Source of the DNA: Balanoglossus misakiensis
Taxonomy: Eukaryota; Animalia; Hemichordata
Length of the DNA stretch: 64,000 bases
Direction: 5' to 3'
Assembly (NCBI GenBank): GCA_040954595.2
Contig: CM082593.2
Span: forward strand, 9,433,200 to 9,497,199
The stretch's first letter is position 1. Each line of letters opens with the position of its first letter. A program made the position numbers and the translations under genes. This document shows positions 1-12,654 of this stretch, in pieces. Below the pieces are notes generated by a model that did no database searches, had not been told where the DNA came from, and was given only the letters and a program-made list of their open reading frames with translations.

Positions 1-70
1 CGGGCCTTACGGCCCTCGCACGAAACGCCGAATCGATACACATTAGGCGCGAGGGACTGTTGACAGTCTA
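1..70. mobile_element. Probable right end of a TIR element interrupting a family-1 hairpin (possibly Academ-like, ends ...CAGTCTA)
   Basis: Family-1 hairpin sequence resumes abruptly at 71. The other end is outside the window, so TIR and TSD cannot be checked. Confidence 0.3.
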
Positions 71-90
71 GTCCTTGGGAGTGTGAGATT

Positions 91-456
91 CTATTATTCT
101 CACACTCTCACTGAATCGAAAGCTGTATATGACGCGAGCGCTGATTGGTTGACAAAGAGTTCTTTCTCTTCGCGCACTAAATGTTATCCAATGGCGTGAT
201 GTGTATTACAGGCACAGAACTATAACGTGCCCCCAGACGACAGTTCCAGAGTCATTTATTCAATGTTTTAACGAATTTGGCTAATTTGTGACCGTGTGAG
301 AAAAATAATCTCACACACCAAGGACCTGGGATCGTATTTCTCACACTCGTCAGGGATATTTTGTCCCACACTCGCCTGCGGCTCGTGTGTGACAGAAAAT
401 CCCCAACTCGTGTGAGAAATACGATCCCAGGTCCTTGGGAGTGTGAGATTCTATTA
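91..456 (-). mobile_element. Non-autonomous Crypton-like hairpin element (family 1)
   Basis: Hairpin 307-450; on the - strand the apex is GA-GCC-GCA-GGC-GA with a second GA/GA pair. CTATTA is directly repeated at both ends (91-96, 451-456). Preceded head-to-tail by the end of another copy (71-96). Same architecture as the YR-coding element at 21484-23392. Confidence 0.7.
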
Positions 457-1665
457 ATCCCAAATGTCATAGCAGCTGCCCCTTTAAAACAATTTCTTTA
501 AAAAATGTGTTTCTAATAGATTTGGTCAGGTGGAAAAGTATGTCACATACTGTTTTCACTGAACACTGATGTGGTTGCAATTTTATTGACACAAATTGAA
601 TCACACTATGCATCACATTAGACTTAGGGGTAAACCATTTTATATTTAGGAGAGTGCAGTTTAGTTTCTACTCTGCCTATTCTCTGATGTTTTTTCTTTA
701 CTATTTGGCAGAGGCAAAATGCAGACTAGTTATGGAAGTGTTCCTAAGTAACTATGCATAAATTATTTCTATTAATCTAAGCACATTATGTAAAATATAA
801 ATCAACCAGGTAGACTCATGTCTCCCCCTACAGTAATGGTGACAATTCTTTTTATAGTACCCAACTTACTCAAGTAAACACACTTAATGTTAGCAAACAA
901 TCCTATAGATATAGCCTGGTCCCCTGTCCCATTCCTGCTGCTGGTAGTGACAGCAGGGTTAGAAAGTGGGCAGAGAACAAGAGTATCTTACAGGCCTCTT
1001 TCATGACCCCTGTGTGACCTTACATCCTGGTGATTTGTTGGTTTGACATCATTCATCATTCAATGTTAAATACAACAGCTAATCTTTCTAACACAGGCAA
1101 TGTTTAACAGTTTTGTTCAAGGATGAGAAAAAATGCATTGATTTAATAGCGTGGTTGGTAAACTCGAAATTGTATACTCACACCGACAAAAAGCCAGGAT
1201 GTAGAGGTCAAAAGGGGTCATAAAAGTGGCATGATATAGCACAGTTGCCAGTGGTGTAATGTTTATATAAACTGTGCAACTTCATTCATATTTCTTAGTG
1301 GCAGTAATGTTATTATAAATATAAACTGACATCTGAAATCACTTTGCGATGTCGAAATTCAGTGGGAAGAAACAAACGCCAAAAGTTACCACATTTTATA
1401 CTGACACTTATTTGTTTTGTACAGTTTACCCTATGGATCCAGCTATCATAGGAATGGGTGCAATAATTGTAGCTTTGGTGGGCTGGTTGATCGCTTATGG
1501 GCTTGATCAATCATCCCATCTAGGCTACAATTATTGCAGATATCATAGGAAGGGCACATTGGGAACCCCCCCCCCCCTCACACACACACACACACACACA
1601 CACAATTTGGGCGACAACACAATATATATATATGATGCAGTCTACAAGTTGCACCGAAATATCTT

Positions 1666-3720
1666 TAGGTCCCATTTGTACATACTGGTGGTACCTCATG
1701 AGATCGGTTGCGTCTGTATGGATGTATGTCCGTTCACATCAAAAACTTGAAAACCGCTGAGCATATAACCTCGATATTTGGTGTGCAGATGCAGGCAGGG
1801 CTGTAGATGGGAGTTTGTTCAAATGAAGTTGTTGGGAAAAACGTAAATTTGGCCAAAACTCAGAAACTCAACAACCACTGGTCATATTGATTTGAAAATT
1901 GGTATGCATGTACCTTATATTAAAGAGGAACGACACCCACAATTTTGGGCTTCAAAGTCCAAACCGGGTGTCAAAAACGGCAACGTTCCGATGGGTTAAT
2001 TCACTTTCACTTCCTGCGCAAGCAGAAGACGCGAGTTGAAAATACTACTGTGACGTCAGCAACTTGCGTTGCAGTCGACGCTCAGGGCTCTTACACGTTC
2101 GACGTGTCATTTCCAATAAACAGACACATTTTGCGCGGATCTGACATGGCGAAATGTCAAGTTCATGACTTTAAAAACATATTCGGAAAATCGACGGGGA
2201 TAAGTTTCTTTCAAAGGCAATGCTCTACGTGTATTGTATTTGTCGATGCGTGCAGACATAGACCCTGCAATGTCCAAGATGCCATGCATGTCGACGTTTA
2301 TGAACAAACCGTAAGGCCTATACAAAGTTGTTCTAACTGCCGCTGATAATAATAAACGTACCGTTTTAAATCCTTCCTGCACGTTTTTTGGTACACGTAT
2401 TTGGGTTTAATTTCCATTTATTGACGATCGCATAGTTATCAAATGAAAGCAACTAAAAAGGGCAGTTTTAATACATTTCAAGAGACGAAACATGCATATA
2501 ATAACTATGGTATTGGCTTCCATTATACTACGGACGTACTACACCTGGAGAGCAGGACGATGCACCTTCGTTCTCTTCAACTCCATAAAAGGTGACAAAG
2601 TATTTTTGTAAGAAAAGTGGTTCGAAAAGGTGACAACGAGGGAGAGACAACAAGGGAGTTTCACCCATGGAGTGTCTATGGTTTCACTGAAACCACACCA
2701 AGTGTAAGCCTTGACAAACGGGACACATCGGAGATCAGAACTGCATGAACTTTTGTCCTCTGTAAAATTCAGTCGCTTGGTCGTAGAAGGGAATCTCTGG
2801 TTCAAAATTGTAGCCTACTACCCGAGAATATGTTGCCATGCTAACGTCGTCGGTCGCGTGAGTGCAGGCGTGTATAAGCATAGGCTCGCTCCAACGCGTC
2901 GGCAGCGGACAACAGTTGCTGACGTCACTCACTTCCGGGTTCGCGCAGTTTTTGGCTGGCTGTAGCTCTGTTATGCGTAAGTGAAAGTGAATGAAACCAA
3001 CGTTTTTCATAGTACTTTTTAATCGCATTTCGCCGAATTGGCTCAAAAACGGATCACAACGTTCCACTTTAACCTCACACAGTTGTGTATGTTTTGAACT
3101 AATAGTTTGAATTTTCTATAATTTATGTATTTTTTTGTCTTTTTCCACATTTTTGGTAAAAAATCTACTTTTCTGGAATTGATGACCTGACTTCTTTGAA
3201 ATTTAGTATGGGGCTTCATATAGGTGATGTGAGTTATCAAAGTTTTGTTTAAATTTGCTGCAAAATTTGCAAATTTATAATTTTGGTGCAAATTTTGCCT
3301 TTTTGATCAATTTTTTTCTGTAAAACCATTTGTCAGATTGCTTTGAAATTTGGTAGGCATAGAGATGTGTGTTTGTCAAATCAATTTGTAGAATTCAATA
3401 GTATATTTTTGGGGTGAATTTTGCCATTTTTGGTCAAAACTCTTTCTCAGAACCCTCTACCCCATTGCTTTGAAATTTGATTTGAAGGTTCCATGGTGAG
3501 TTGTCATGATGATTTACAAAACCTATGATGAAAGTGTCAATGTTTTGTGGGGGCAATGTCTTGTATTTTGGGGGTATATTTACCAATTTTGATAAAAAAT
3601 TATATTTCTCAGAAAGTGTACACTGTATGGCTGATTTCTATAAATTTTAGTTGTAAGTTAATGGGATTGGCTTCTTTAGAATTATTATGAAATCATATCA
3701 TAGGTAATTTGGAATTTCTA
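1666..3720 (+). mobile_element. Helentron-associated non-autonomous element (DINE-1/HINE-like), interrupted by 1924-3068
   Basis: Starts TTT-AGGTCCCATT followed by GGTTGCGTCTGTATGGATGTATG, similar to the reverse complement of 7065-7157. Right boundary approximate. Confidence 0.45.
1924..3068. mobile_element. Non-autonomous TTAA-targeting TIR element (Kolobok-like)
   Basis: TTAA at 1920-1923 and 3069-3072; termini AGAGGAACG / CGTTCCACT; subterminal inverted repeat TTCACTTTCACTT (about 2000) / AAGTGAAAGTGAA (about 2980). No recognisable ORF. Confidence 0.6.
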
Positions 3721-4601
3721 CTGGGCTTGCGTTTGATATTTTATTTTTTACGCGCAGTGCACGCAAAGAGCCAATTTTTTTTTCGTGAAATTGTATTTGA
3801 AATACGTGCAACAAAATAGCGATAGACAAGCAGGCTTTCAGATAAACATACTTGAATGAGTTCTCCCTTCATGTCTAGATGGCCCAACACAAAAAATATC
3901 ATTTAGAATGTAGCGAATAAAGTACATAAACATCATGAAAGAGACTGTGTACAGTGGTCCCCCCCCCCCCCCGATACATATTAAGTACAGACAAGGTATG
4001 GAATTCTTGTGTTATATCATCAAGGAAAATGACCCAGAAGCCCTACTTGCTTTGTTATATCTAATGGCTTCTGTGTGCATAAATTATAGCCCGACACATG
4101 TCAAGTTTGTGGCCTAGGTTACCGCACGTACATCATTGTGCGTCCTGCTACAGCATACAAGCGCGCGTACGCGTACATGTGTACAGGGCGCCTGACCGGC
4201 CAACCTTGACAAGGCGCTCCAGATAGCCTCGCCCGCTGTTATCTTTCAATGGATTTTTTGTGTGTGCATGTCACGCAACTGTGACAAAATATTTGCGCGC
4301 ACACATTGTAGTTTTGTGTTATTTAGTGTTATTTTAAATGGGTGTCACACCGATTTAATCAGCCTCCATTCAAAGAGTACACAACAGTCGTGTTATGCAT
4401 TAGCAAAAGATGATAAACTGATGCGGATACAATCAATATAGCTTAATGGTGATGATTCTAAAGCAGAAGGCTAATTGTCATTAGTATCATACATGCAGAG
4501 CCTGAATTTGCCACTTTCTATTGTTCTCACCAAATTTAGTGTAATAACCCATAAGTACCACCCTCTAATTTTAAAGAACACTAATTATGGAAGCCCATTA
4601 A

Positions 4602-4686
4602 CCCTTTCACAACCAAGGTTCAGTCAAAACCCATTGTTTTCTATGAAAAGGTTTGACCTGTATAGAAGGAACTTGGGGTGAAAGGG
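4602..4686. mobile_element. 85-bp piggyBac-type MITE
   Basis: TTAA-CCCTTTCAC...GTGAAAGGG-TTAA. Related copies at about 8117-8201 and 59918-60000. Confidence 0.7.
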
Positions 4687-4847
4687 TTAAAGGGACAAAG
4701 TCGCTCTTTTTGACTTTTGACTCACTTGCTTTTATTAGAGGTTCCTACCTTTAAATGTTTCATAAAATGTTCAATCAAATCTGTCTACAATCAGAGTAGA
4801 CATTGTTTACATATACCTTTTGTTAAATGATTGTTGTTGTATTTCAG

Positions 4848-4946
4848 ATTGTTGTCAGGAGCAGGTGAGAAATATGGTATGATTTCTGAAGGTCTGAGTA
4901 CTGCATTGCAGTTATTTGACGATATGAAGAGTTTACGATATTCAAG
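4848..4946 (+). pseudogene. MED25: MED25-like exon (VWA domain)
   Basis: TTTCAG...AG|GTAATT boundaries; translates LLSGAGEKYGMISEGLSTALQLFDDMKSLRYS, matching the MED25 motif EGLSTALQLFDD. This exon is open; downstream exons are disabled. Confidence 0.85.
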
Positions 4947-5480
4947 GTAATTATGGTAAAATTCTGAGTTTCAAGATCATTCTCTACATATGGCCCTGAC
5001 TTTTTTTGGTGGTTTATCTGTTTTTGTAAAGTTCACCATGTCAACCAGGAAATGATTCCATACAGACAGTGGAGTACAACTGAGATGTGAAGTACATTGA
5101 AACCTGCCTAGGAAGGACACCTCTGGGACCACAAAATGTGTCCTTAATAGAGAGGTGTCCTTAAAGGGACAAATTCTCTCCCTCGCTGCCCCTTTTCCAT
5201 GAATTAGGTTTGTTACAGGGCACCATTTCTGTTATTCTACATGTGGATATATAGTGAATCAATGTTTCACCACACACAACTTCAACCCTGCTTGTAGCCA
5301 CCAGAGTGATAAAAAACACACGCCAATAATCGGTCTCTATCATTTATTCATTTTATGCGAGTTTTTATGCTCATATCATTCAAGTGGTATGGAAATTGTG
5401 TATGGTTGAACGTTCATTAACTACATATACACATGTACATTAATATAAAATGTCTCTTGTATCAAACATAATGGAAAAAA

Positions 5481-7157
5481 TCGCGTCAAGGACACAGTGG
5501 TCCCATTGAGGGAATACACAAGAAAAAGTCTACACCGGAGTAAATGGCGATATACTGACAGACACACACACTAAATAGAACAGCTGGCCTCTTTAAAACT
5601 TAGCCAGTTATGTAATCATTCAGGAATTTCCTGTGTATATAACCCTAACGCTGTCGAGTCCGTAGCAGACCGCCCGATTTCCGGTGTGGGTAGAAGTCGA
5701 ACGTTGGCGAGTGATGAATGACCGAATCGGTATGGATCGATATGATTTACCGACCCGCTGGAGTCTCTAGGCGTTTGCGTGCGCTTCGCTATAACGTGTT
5801 GACTTTGAACTACCGTTTTGAGGGCAAAATCTGTTAGAACAGGAAAGTCTCGACAGGGTTATTTGCCTTGAACTACAAAGAGCACACTATCCTAAGAGAC
5901 ACATTCCGCCGGTCATTCCCGACCCTGGGGAGACCGTTTTTTTTGCGTCCGACAAAAACGTACTTGGCATCGATGCATTGTTTACTATAACAGACGGTTC
6001 CACAACGACATAGGGTATCGACCTTTTCGATGGCCAGCGGTGTCGGACGCACTCGTGGGTAGCACTGTTTGGGAAAGTGCGTTTTGGGATCGACTCGGGA
6101 AACATGACGAAATGGTGAAATGGGGCCCGCAGAGCTTGCGGGATACCTATGACTGTGTCGGTACAACCCTGTGCCGTAAAAAAATTATAGCGTATTAACA
6201 CCGTACTGAACGTCAGTTTGCCGTGCGTAAGCATGGACGTGTCGTTATCACAACGTCCGTGTTGTGTCTGGTCTGAAGAAATGAGTCGTTATCACAACGT
6301 CCATGTGTGTCTGGTCTGAAGAAATGAGTCGTTGTCGGGCGGCTGTAGAGTGGGACACTGTGCGCCAGTGTCTAGTCGTTCGCATTACGTGTCGAACTAA
6401 CTCGTACCCTACGGGAAAGTGGCAGGGGAAGGGGTGCCCGAACACCCCTGGCGGTACACCCTGGGTCCCCTACTGACAACTAATGGTGTCGTCGTTGTGA
6501 CGTGATATGGCATGTGCTAACGCACTAACTTTATTTTCATAAAAGTAAGCCTCGAAACGACGTTGACAGACGCTCCCCTCCCAGGGGAACGAACCCGATG
6601 ACCCACAACTTTTACCCGGTTAATTGTTGTTTGAGGTCCCGCCGACACGGGACTGTGCCAAACTTGAAGTCTAGCACGTTCAAAAGCAGCTAAAATGACC
6701 CTCCAAAAACCCGATTTTCAAGCAAAAACCCTGGTAATCCAGCGGGTGTAGAATGCCGGATTCTACATACACCGAAAAGGAGGCGGTCTCGTAACGACTC
6801 GGCAGCCCAACGGGTTATGACCCCCGGTAGCAAGAGGGATAAACAACTCAATAAAGTAAATACACACCACTTCGCAAAGCAATCTGACCAGTAGTTCTTG
6901 AGTTACTGAGTTTTGACTAAGTTCACATTTTTCCAGCTAATTTGCATATTTTTGGCAACGACAACTTCATTTGAACAAACTCCCATCTACAGCCCAGCCT
7001 GCATGTGCACACCAAATATCAAGGTGATACACACAGTGGTTTTCAAGTTTTTGATGTGGACGGACATACATCCATACATCCATCCATACATACATACATA
7101 CAGACGCAACCAATCCCATAAGGTCCCATGGTATATAGGCCTATACCAATGGGACCT
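5481..7157 (-). mobile_element. Helentron-associated non-autonomous element (DINE-1/HINE-like)
   Basis: Inserted in an A/T run without TSD (empty paralog ATGGAAAAAAAGGGCAGC at about 13326-13343). End hairpin AGGTCCCAT...ATGGGACCT (7120-7157), adjacent (CATA/CATC)n, and matching subTIR GGTCCCATT near 5500. End remnants recur at about 30005-30100, 40583-40675 and 58160-58255. Confidence 0.7.
5643..6814. mobile_element. Nested non-autonomous TIR element with CCC/GGG termini (piggyBac-like)
   Basis: Imperfect TIRs of about 32 bp (CCCTAACGCTGTCGAGTCCGTAGCAGACCGCC / GGCGGTCTCGTAACGACTCGGCAGCCCAACGGG); flanks ATAA and TTAT; GC-richer interior with a 2x about 45-bp tandem repeat at 6241-6333. Confidence 0.55.
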
Positions 7158-7452
7158 AAAAAGGGCAGCGAGAGAGAGACTTTGTCCCTTTAACAGAAAT
7201 GTGCATGTAATATTCTATTCAAACCATTACTCTTGTCTTGAACAATCTTTCCTTAATAGAGAGGTGTCCTGATTAGAGAGATGTCTGTATTAATTGACAG
7301 GTTTCACTGTATTATCAACATTTTCAGTTTCATAATCCTTCTGGATGTCTTTGTCAGAAAATTTTGACAGCAGCCAAAAACTTTCTCTGCCATACTCACA
7401 ATAAGAGAAAGCTTGCACCTGTGTTTTACTGTTAAATTACCACACCACAAAA

Positions 7453-7661
7453 TACTGTAAAACGGGTTATTTTCGCAAGCAACTAATTTTTGCGAAATAC
7501 GCGAGAGCCAACAAAATGTGAAAATAAAAAGTTGCGTAAAATGTTTTTCGGAGATAAAGATGCAATGAAATACAAGAACATGAAAATTAATCCTCGCATA
7601 ACAGTTGCCTCTTTTAATATCGCAAAAATTTCCTGTCACGAAAATAATCCGTTTTACGGTA
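7453..7661. mobile_element. TA-flanked MITE (Tc1/mariner-type)
   Basis: TACTGTAAAACGGGTTATTTTCG...CGAAAATAATCCGTTTTACGGTA. Related copies near 10145-10332, 11761-11955, 13600-13812 and 23764-23957. Confidence 0.55.
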
Positions 7662-7813
7662 ATATTGAAGGTCAGAATGCTTTTGATGAGAGAACAATAC
7701 ACCAGTTGCAAAGTATCTTGACTAATATAAAAATGTTTGAATTTTCTGAAGAAGATATAATCTCGCAGTTGGTGTATTGTTTCCTCATCAAAAGCATTCT
7801 GACCTTCAATATT
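7661..7813. repeat. Palindromic MITE with about 48-bp TIRs
   Basis: AATATTGAAGGTCAGAATGCTTTTGATGAG...CTCATCAAAAGCATTCTGACCTTCAATATT; second copy at about 13818-13969. Confidence 0.65.
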
Positions 7814-8270
7814 ATTCTGTTGAGCTTTACATGCAATCTAGTCTATATATGTTCAGAGGCGATTTTATCATCGGTAACAGATCCTAAATACTAAAAGAGC
7901 ATAAAATGACTGCGACAGATACTTTGTTAGTTGTAACAGGTGTGAAATAAGAATTTGGATAACATTGACAGTATTTTGGCTATTGTTGGGGGGGGGGGGG
8001 TGGAGCAATAAGTGATTTTGAAACCCCATGTAACACCTGTCTTACCATTAATATGACTGCATTTATGGTACCATAAGGAATGCTAACAAAATGACTGGGG
8101 AACCCTGGTTACATTACCCTGATCACCACAATGGTTCAGTCCAACAGCATTGTTTTCTATGGTAAGGTTGGACCTCTGAAGAGGGAATTGGGGTGGAAGG
8201 GTTAAAAAAAAACACTGACTGACAATACTGCCAATAACAAACTATTGTTTTATCTTCTCTTTGTATACAG

Positions 8271-8391
8271 CACACCAATACAGAAACATTGTATATTGAT
8301 CTGCAACTCTCCTCCATATCCTTTGCCAAGTCAAGATAGTATTAATTACAGTGGATTTACTGCAGAACAATTGGCTGCCATGTTGGGTGAG
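8271..8391 (+). pseudogene. MED25: MED25-like exon (VWA domain), copy 1
   Basis: AG/GT bounded; TPIQKHCILICNSPPYPLPSQDSINYSGFTAEQLAAMLGE matches the MED25 motif CxLICNSPPY; phase compatible with exon 4848-4946. A 5'-deleted copy lies at about 14009-14120. Confidence 0.85.
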
Positions 8392-8810
8392 GTAAGTAAG
8401 CGATGTAAAACATTTCATACAACACTGCATACTAACAATAGTCATATCAACCTGACAAGGGAAGATGAAAAAAAACACTAAGCCCCATTGAACAGCTGAA
8501 TTTTCTTGGAATCTGGTTTTATAATAAACTTTGATTGATTGAAATGTGTTTTACATCTAAATGCATCGTTTTGGGAACATTTTCTAGAATGTATGTGATT
8601 ATTAAATTGAACTTGTATATTTGCTGGGGGCAACTATTTTTTCATTAAAGATGAGGAATGCCCAATGTTCGGATTGTCTTCAAAAAGATGACAACAACTC
8701 AAGTCTCAAAAACTCTTTGTTTTGAATTTTGAATTGTTTTTGTTGCATCAGTAACGACTTCACATGTGGATGCCACATTTTGATTCTTAGCAAATGTTGT
8801 ATTTTGACAC

Positions 8811-8959
8811 AGAGGAGTCCATTCCTCAATCATATCACCCCACAAACTGCCTGAACTCCAAAAACTTAGCGACAACGCGTGAAGTACAGATGGTACCTAT
8901 GAAGGATTATGCGGCTGATCCACACCACATGATACTTCTCAAAGGTTATCAACTTGCTG
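8811..8959 (+). pseudogene. MED25: MED25-like exon, frameshifted (copies at 10427-10575 and 20544-20692)
   Basis: RGVHSSIISPHKLPELQKL followed by a stop/frame change, then VPMKDYAADPHHMILLKGYQLA (MED25 SPRKLP...DPRHMVLVRG). Acceptor is AC in copies 1-2 and AG in copy 3. Confidence 0.8.
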
Positions 8960-9496
8960 GTAGGTATCTGTTGCTATGCAAATATTTGCAATCATACCAT
9001 CCTGATTCTAAAGTTCACAGGTCAAATATATAACTTGTTTATGTGGCCATTTACAACCAATTCATCATTTTGTGGTTTGTTAAAATGTTACTCGAAATCG
9101 GTACTTCCATGAAATGGTTGTAATATATTTAATAATATTTATTACACATCACAAATTATTATGCGCTCTTGGTTGGCTAATACTAAATATGATAGTACTT
9201 CATGACCTCTGCACACGAACTGTGCCTTACAGAAGTTATTTTCGCGAGTGATGCAGTGTATTCTGTTGCAGTACTTTCACAAGCCAAGCATTTTATTCCC
9301 CATCATGTCAATGCCTGGCCAATGAATTACACATCCTCCTGAAAATTGCTGGTAGGTGAGAAATCAGTTTCCATGGTTGCATCCTGGATGAAACACTGGT
9401 ACAGGTTCAAGACAAGTTTAGTGACATTGTGTAAATCCACAGAAGAATTTCACATCAACTCTATAATCTTCAATTTTTCTCATGATTGTGTTTCAG

Positions 9497-9691
9497 AAAA
9501 ATCTGTGTCAAGTGGTGATACATAAGAGGTTGTCATCGTGAAACCTTAAACCATAGCAACCACTTCAGTGTCTACAACCACTACCACAACACAGCCATTG
9601 AAACCCGCATCAACAGTTACCATGTTTACAGCATCTACCTCCAGTATGACCTCAAATCCTCTCAAATCAACTGTTGGAAGTTCAACTCCAG
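9497..9691 (+). pseudogene. Thr/Ser-rich exon of the MED25-like fragment with in-frame stop (copies 11113-11307, 21222-21416)
   Basis: TTTCAG...CAG|GTAAAG, phase 1-1; in-frame TAA (GAT ACA TAA) in all three copies. Confidence 0.6.
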
Positions 9692-11988
9692 GTAAAGTCT
9701 CCAGTGTTGCTTATGAGACATTTGTCAAATTAGGTCCGCACATAATTAGACCACCAAGTGAAGTGTGAGATATAGTAGAATATTGCCATGTTGATCTTCA
9801 CTACAATATTAGTTAAAGTTATATAGCACTCTGTGATCAACGAGTTGAAAATACAGCATGAGCTGTAGTCCCCTTCATCAGCTGTACACGTAGAATGAAC
9901 AGAGAAACAGAGAATCATGGGGTATTCAAAGTAGGAAATATGTGCAGGACCAGGTGCATCGATCAGAAAAATTTCCTACAGTGGATATTCTATCTGAGGA
10001 TGGTGACTTCATGACCGCGATATTGTGCCCTTGAGCGAGGCACTTTACTTCTCATTGCTCTTGGGAGACTGGCTTTGTAGAGGTGATTTGCACCTGTTCT
10101 AGTCTTTCTACTAGACATATTTTCTGTGTTTGCGATTGATGAATTACTGTCTAATGGGAAATTTTTGTAAACTTCGCGAGAACCAACAAATGCGAATTAA
10201 AAAGTCATATAAAAATGTTTTTCGGGGATATTGGTGAAGTTAGTGAAATATAAGAATGCGAAATTTAATTGTAGCATAACAGCTGTCTCTATTGATATTG
10301 CGAAAATTTCTTGTCACAGAAATTTCCCGTTTATTTAGTGTGTGTGTCTGTCAGTCTGTTGCATCAGTAACGACTTCACATGTGGATGCCACATTTTGAT
10401 TCTTAGCAAATGTTGTATTTTGACACAGAGGAGTCCATTCCTCAATCATATCACCCCGCAAACTGCCTGAACTCCAAAAACTTAGCAACAAAGCGTGAAG
10501 TACAGATGGTACCTATGAAGGATTATGCGGCTGATCCACACCACATGATACTTCTCAAAGGTTATCAACTTGCTGGTAGGTATCTGTTGCTATGCAAATA
10601 TTTGCAATCATACCATCCTGATTCTAAAGTTCACAGGTCAAATATATAACTTGTTTATGTGGCCATTTACAACCAATTCATCATTTTGTGGTTTGTTAAA
10701 ATGTTACTCGAAATCGGTACTTCCATGAAATGGTTGTAATATATTTAATAATATTTATTACACATCACAAATTATTATGCGCTCTTGGTTGGCTAATACT
10801 AAATATGATAGTACTTCATGACCTCTGCACACGAACTGTGCCTTACAGAAGTTATTTTCGCGAGTGATGCAGTGTATTCTGTTGCAGTACTTTCACAAGC
10901 CAAGCATTTTATTCCCCATCATGTCAATGCCTGGCCAATGAATTACACATCCTCCTGAAAATTGCTGGTAGGTGAGAAATCAGTTTCCATGGTTGCATCC
11001 TGGATGAAACACTGGTACAGGTTCAAGACAAGTTTAGTGACATTGTGTAAATCCACAGAAGAATTTCACATCAACTCTATAATCTTCAATTTTTCTCATG
11101 ATTGTGTTTCAGAAAAATCTGTGTCAAGTGGTGATACATAAGAGGTTGCCATCGTGAAACCTAAAACCATAGCAACCACTTCAGTGTCTACAACCACTAC
11201 CACAACACAGCCATTGAAACCCGCATCAACAGTTACCATGTTTACAGCATCTACCTCCAGTATGACCTCAAATCCTCTCATATCAACTGTTGGAAGTTCA
11301 ACTCCAGGTAAAGTCTCCAGTGTTGCTTATGAGACATTTGTCAAATTAGGTCCGCACATAATTAGACCACCAAGTGAAGTGTGAGATATAGTAGAATATT
11401 GCCATGTTGATCTTCACTACAATATTAGTTAAAGTTATATAGCACTCTGTGATCAACGAGTTGAAAATACAGCATGAGCTGTAGTCCCCTTCATCAGCTG
11501 TACACGTAGAATGAACAGAGAAACAGAGAATCATGGGGTATTCAAAGTAGGAAATATGTGCAGGACCAGGTGCATCGATCAGAAAAATTTCCTACAGTGG
11601 ATTTTCTATCTGAGGATGGTGACTTCATGACCGCGATATTGTGCCCTTGAGCGAGGCACTTTACTTCTCATTGCTCTTGGGAGACTGGCTTTGTAGAGGT
11701 GATTTGCACCTGTTCTAGTCTTTCTACTAGACATATTTTCTGTGTTTGCGATTGATGAATTACTGTCTAATGGGAAATTTTTGTAAACTTCGCGAGAACC
11801 AACAAATGCGAATTAAAAAGTCATATAAAAATGTTTTTCGGGGATATTGGTGAAGTTAGTGAAATATAAGAATGCGAAATTTAATTGTAGCATAACAGCT
11901 GTCTCTATTGATATTGCGAAAATTTCTTGTCACAGAAATTTCCCGTTTTACAGTTCATAAATAAATCAACTAGATCTTTTTACTGCAG

Positions 11989-12251
11989 ATGCCACACCAA
12001 CTAATCATCTGTTACCTGGACGACCAAGTCAAATTGGAAGTCAGTCTCCACAACAACTGTCATCCTCTCAACAGAAACTGACTCAACCGAGTCAGCCCCA
12101 GATGCAGGGCCAAGGTAAAAGGTCATCAATGCCTGTTGCCCAGCCTACCAGTTTACCAAACCAACCAGTATCCACTGTCACAGCAAACAGGACACAACAA
12201 CCCAATGTGACTGCCTCAAGTATCCCCATGAGACAATTTTTGTCCACTCAG
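11989..12251 (+). pseudogene. Gln/Pro/Ser-rich exon of the MED25-like fragment (copy 23992-25444 split by a TIR element)
   Basis: CTGCAG...CAG|GTACAG; open frame DATPTNHLLPGRPSQIGSQSPQQ...RQFLSTQ. Confidence 0.6.
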
Positions 12252-12654
12252 GTACAGTTGTTGTCTATGTGATTTAAATTAGCTGTTTCTAGTTACCCAT
12301 CTTGTGAATTGAAAGCTTTTTATGACTGTTTCACATAGCCTTGTGTTACCATTTTCTATACAGTAAACTATTGTTTCAAAACACATTCAAAACTTCTGTT
12401 TTGGTTGCTAGAAACCCACTCTGTGAATGCAAAGACTCTTTTGGATAATGCCTGAGACTCAGTGATCAATTTCAATTTTTAATGAGATTAATGTTGATAA
12501 GCCCTAATGTGGGTATGTGTGTTGAAAATAGGACTTAGAGAGTTGCAAGCTCAACATCGAATCAAAAATTGAAGTCATGAATTTAAAATGGGGTTTTGAA
12601 TACTGGCCTTGATAATGCTTCATATTAACTAGGTTTGTTACTCTTTTTGGACAG

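Larger units (their letters stand above)
8741..11948 (+). repeat. Recent tandem duplication, 1616-bp period
   Basis: 8741-10332 is nearly identical to 10357-11948; duplicated ORFs are offset by exactly 1616 (8794/10410, 9730/11346). Confidence 0.95.

Noticed and set aside
1349-1750. 133-aa ORF with a hydrophobic stretch
   Set aside because: Runs through poly-C, (CA)n and a transposon end; no recognisable domain.
6241-6333. Direct repeats of about 45 bp as a possible CRISPR-like array
   Set aside because: Only two adjacent units, no unique spacers, no cas genes, eukaryotic context.
7661-7813. Palindrome as another Crypton-type hairpin
   Set aside because: No GA/GA mismatches or GNA apex and no adjacent end-complementary segment; fits an ordinary MITE.
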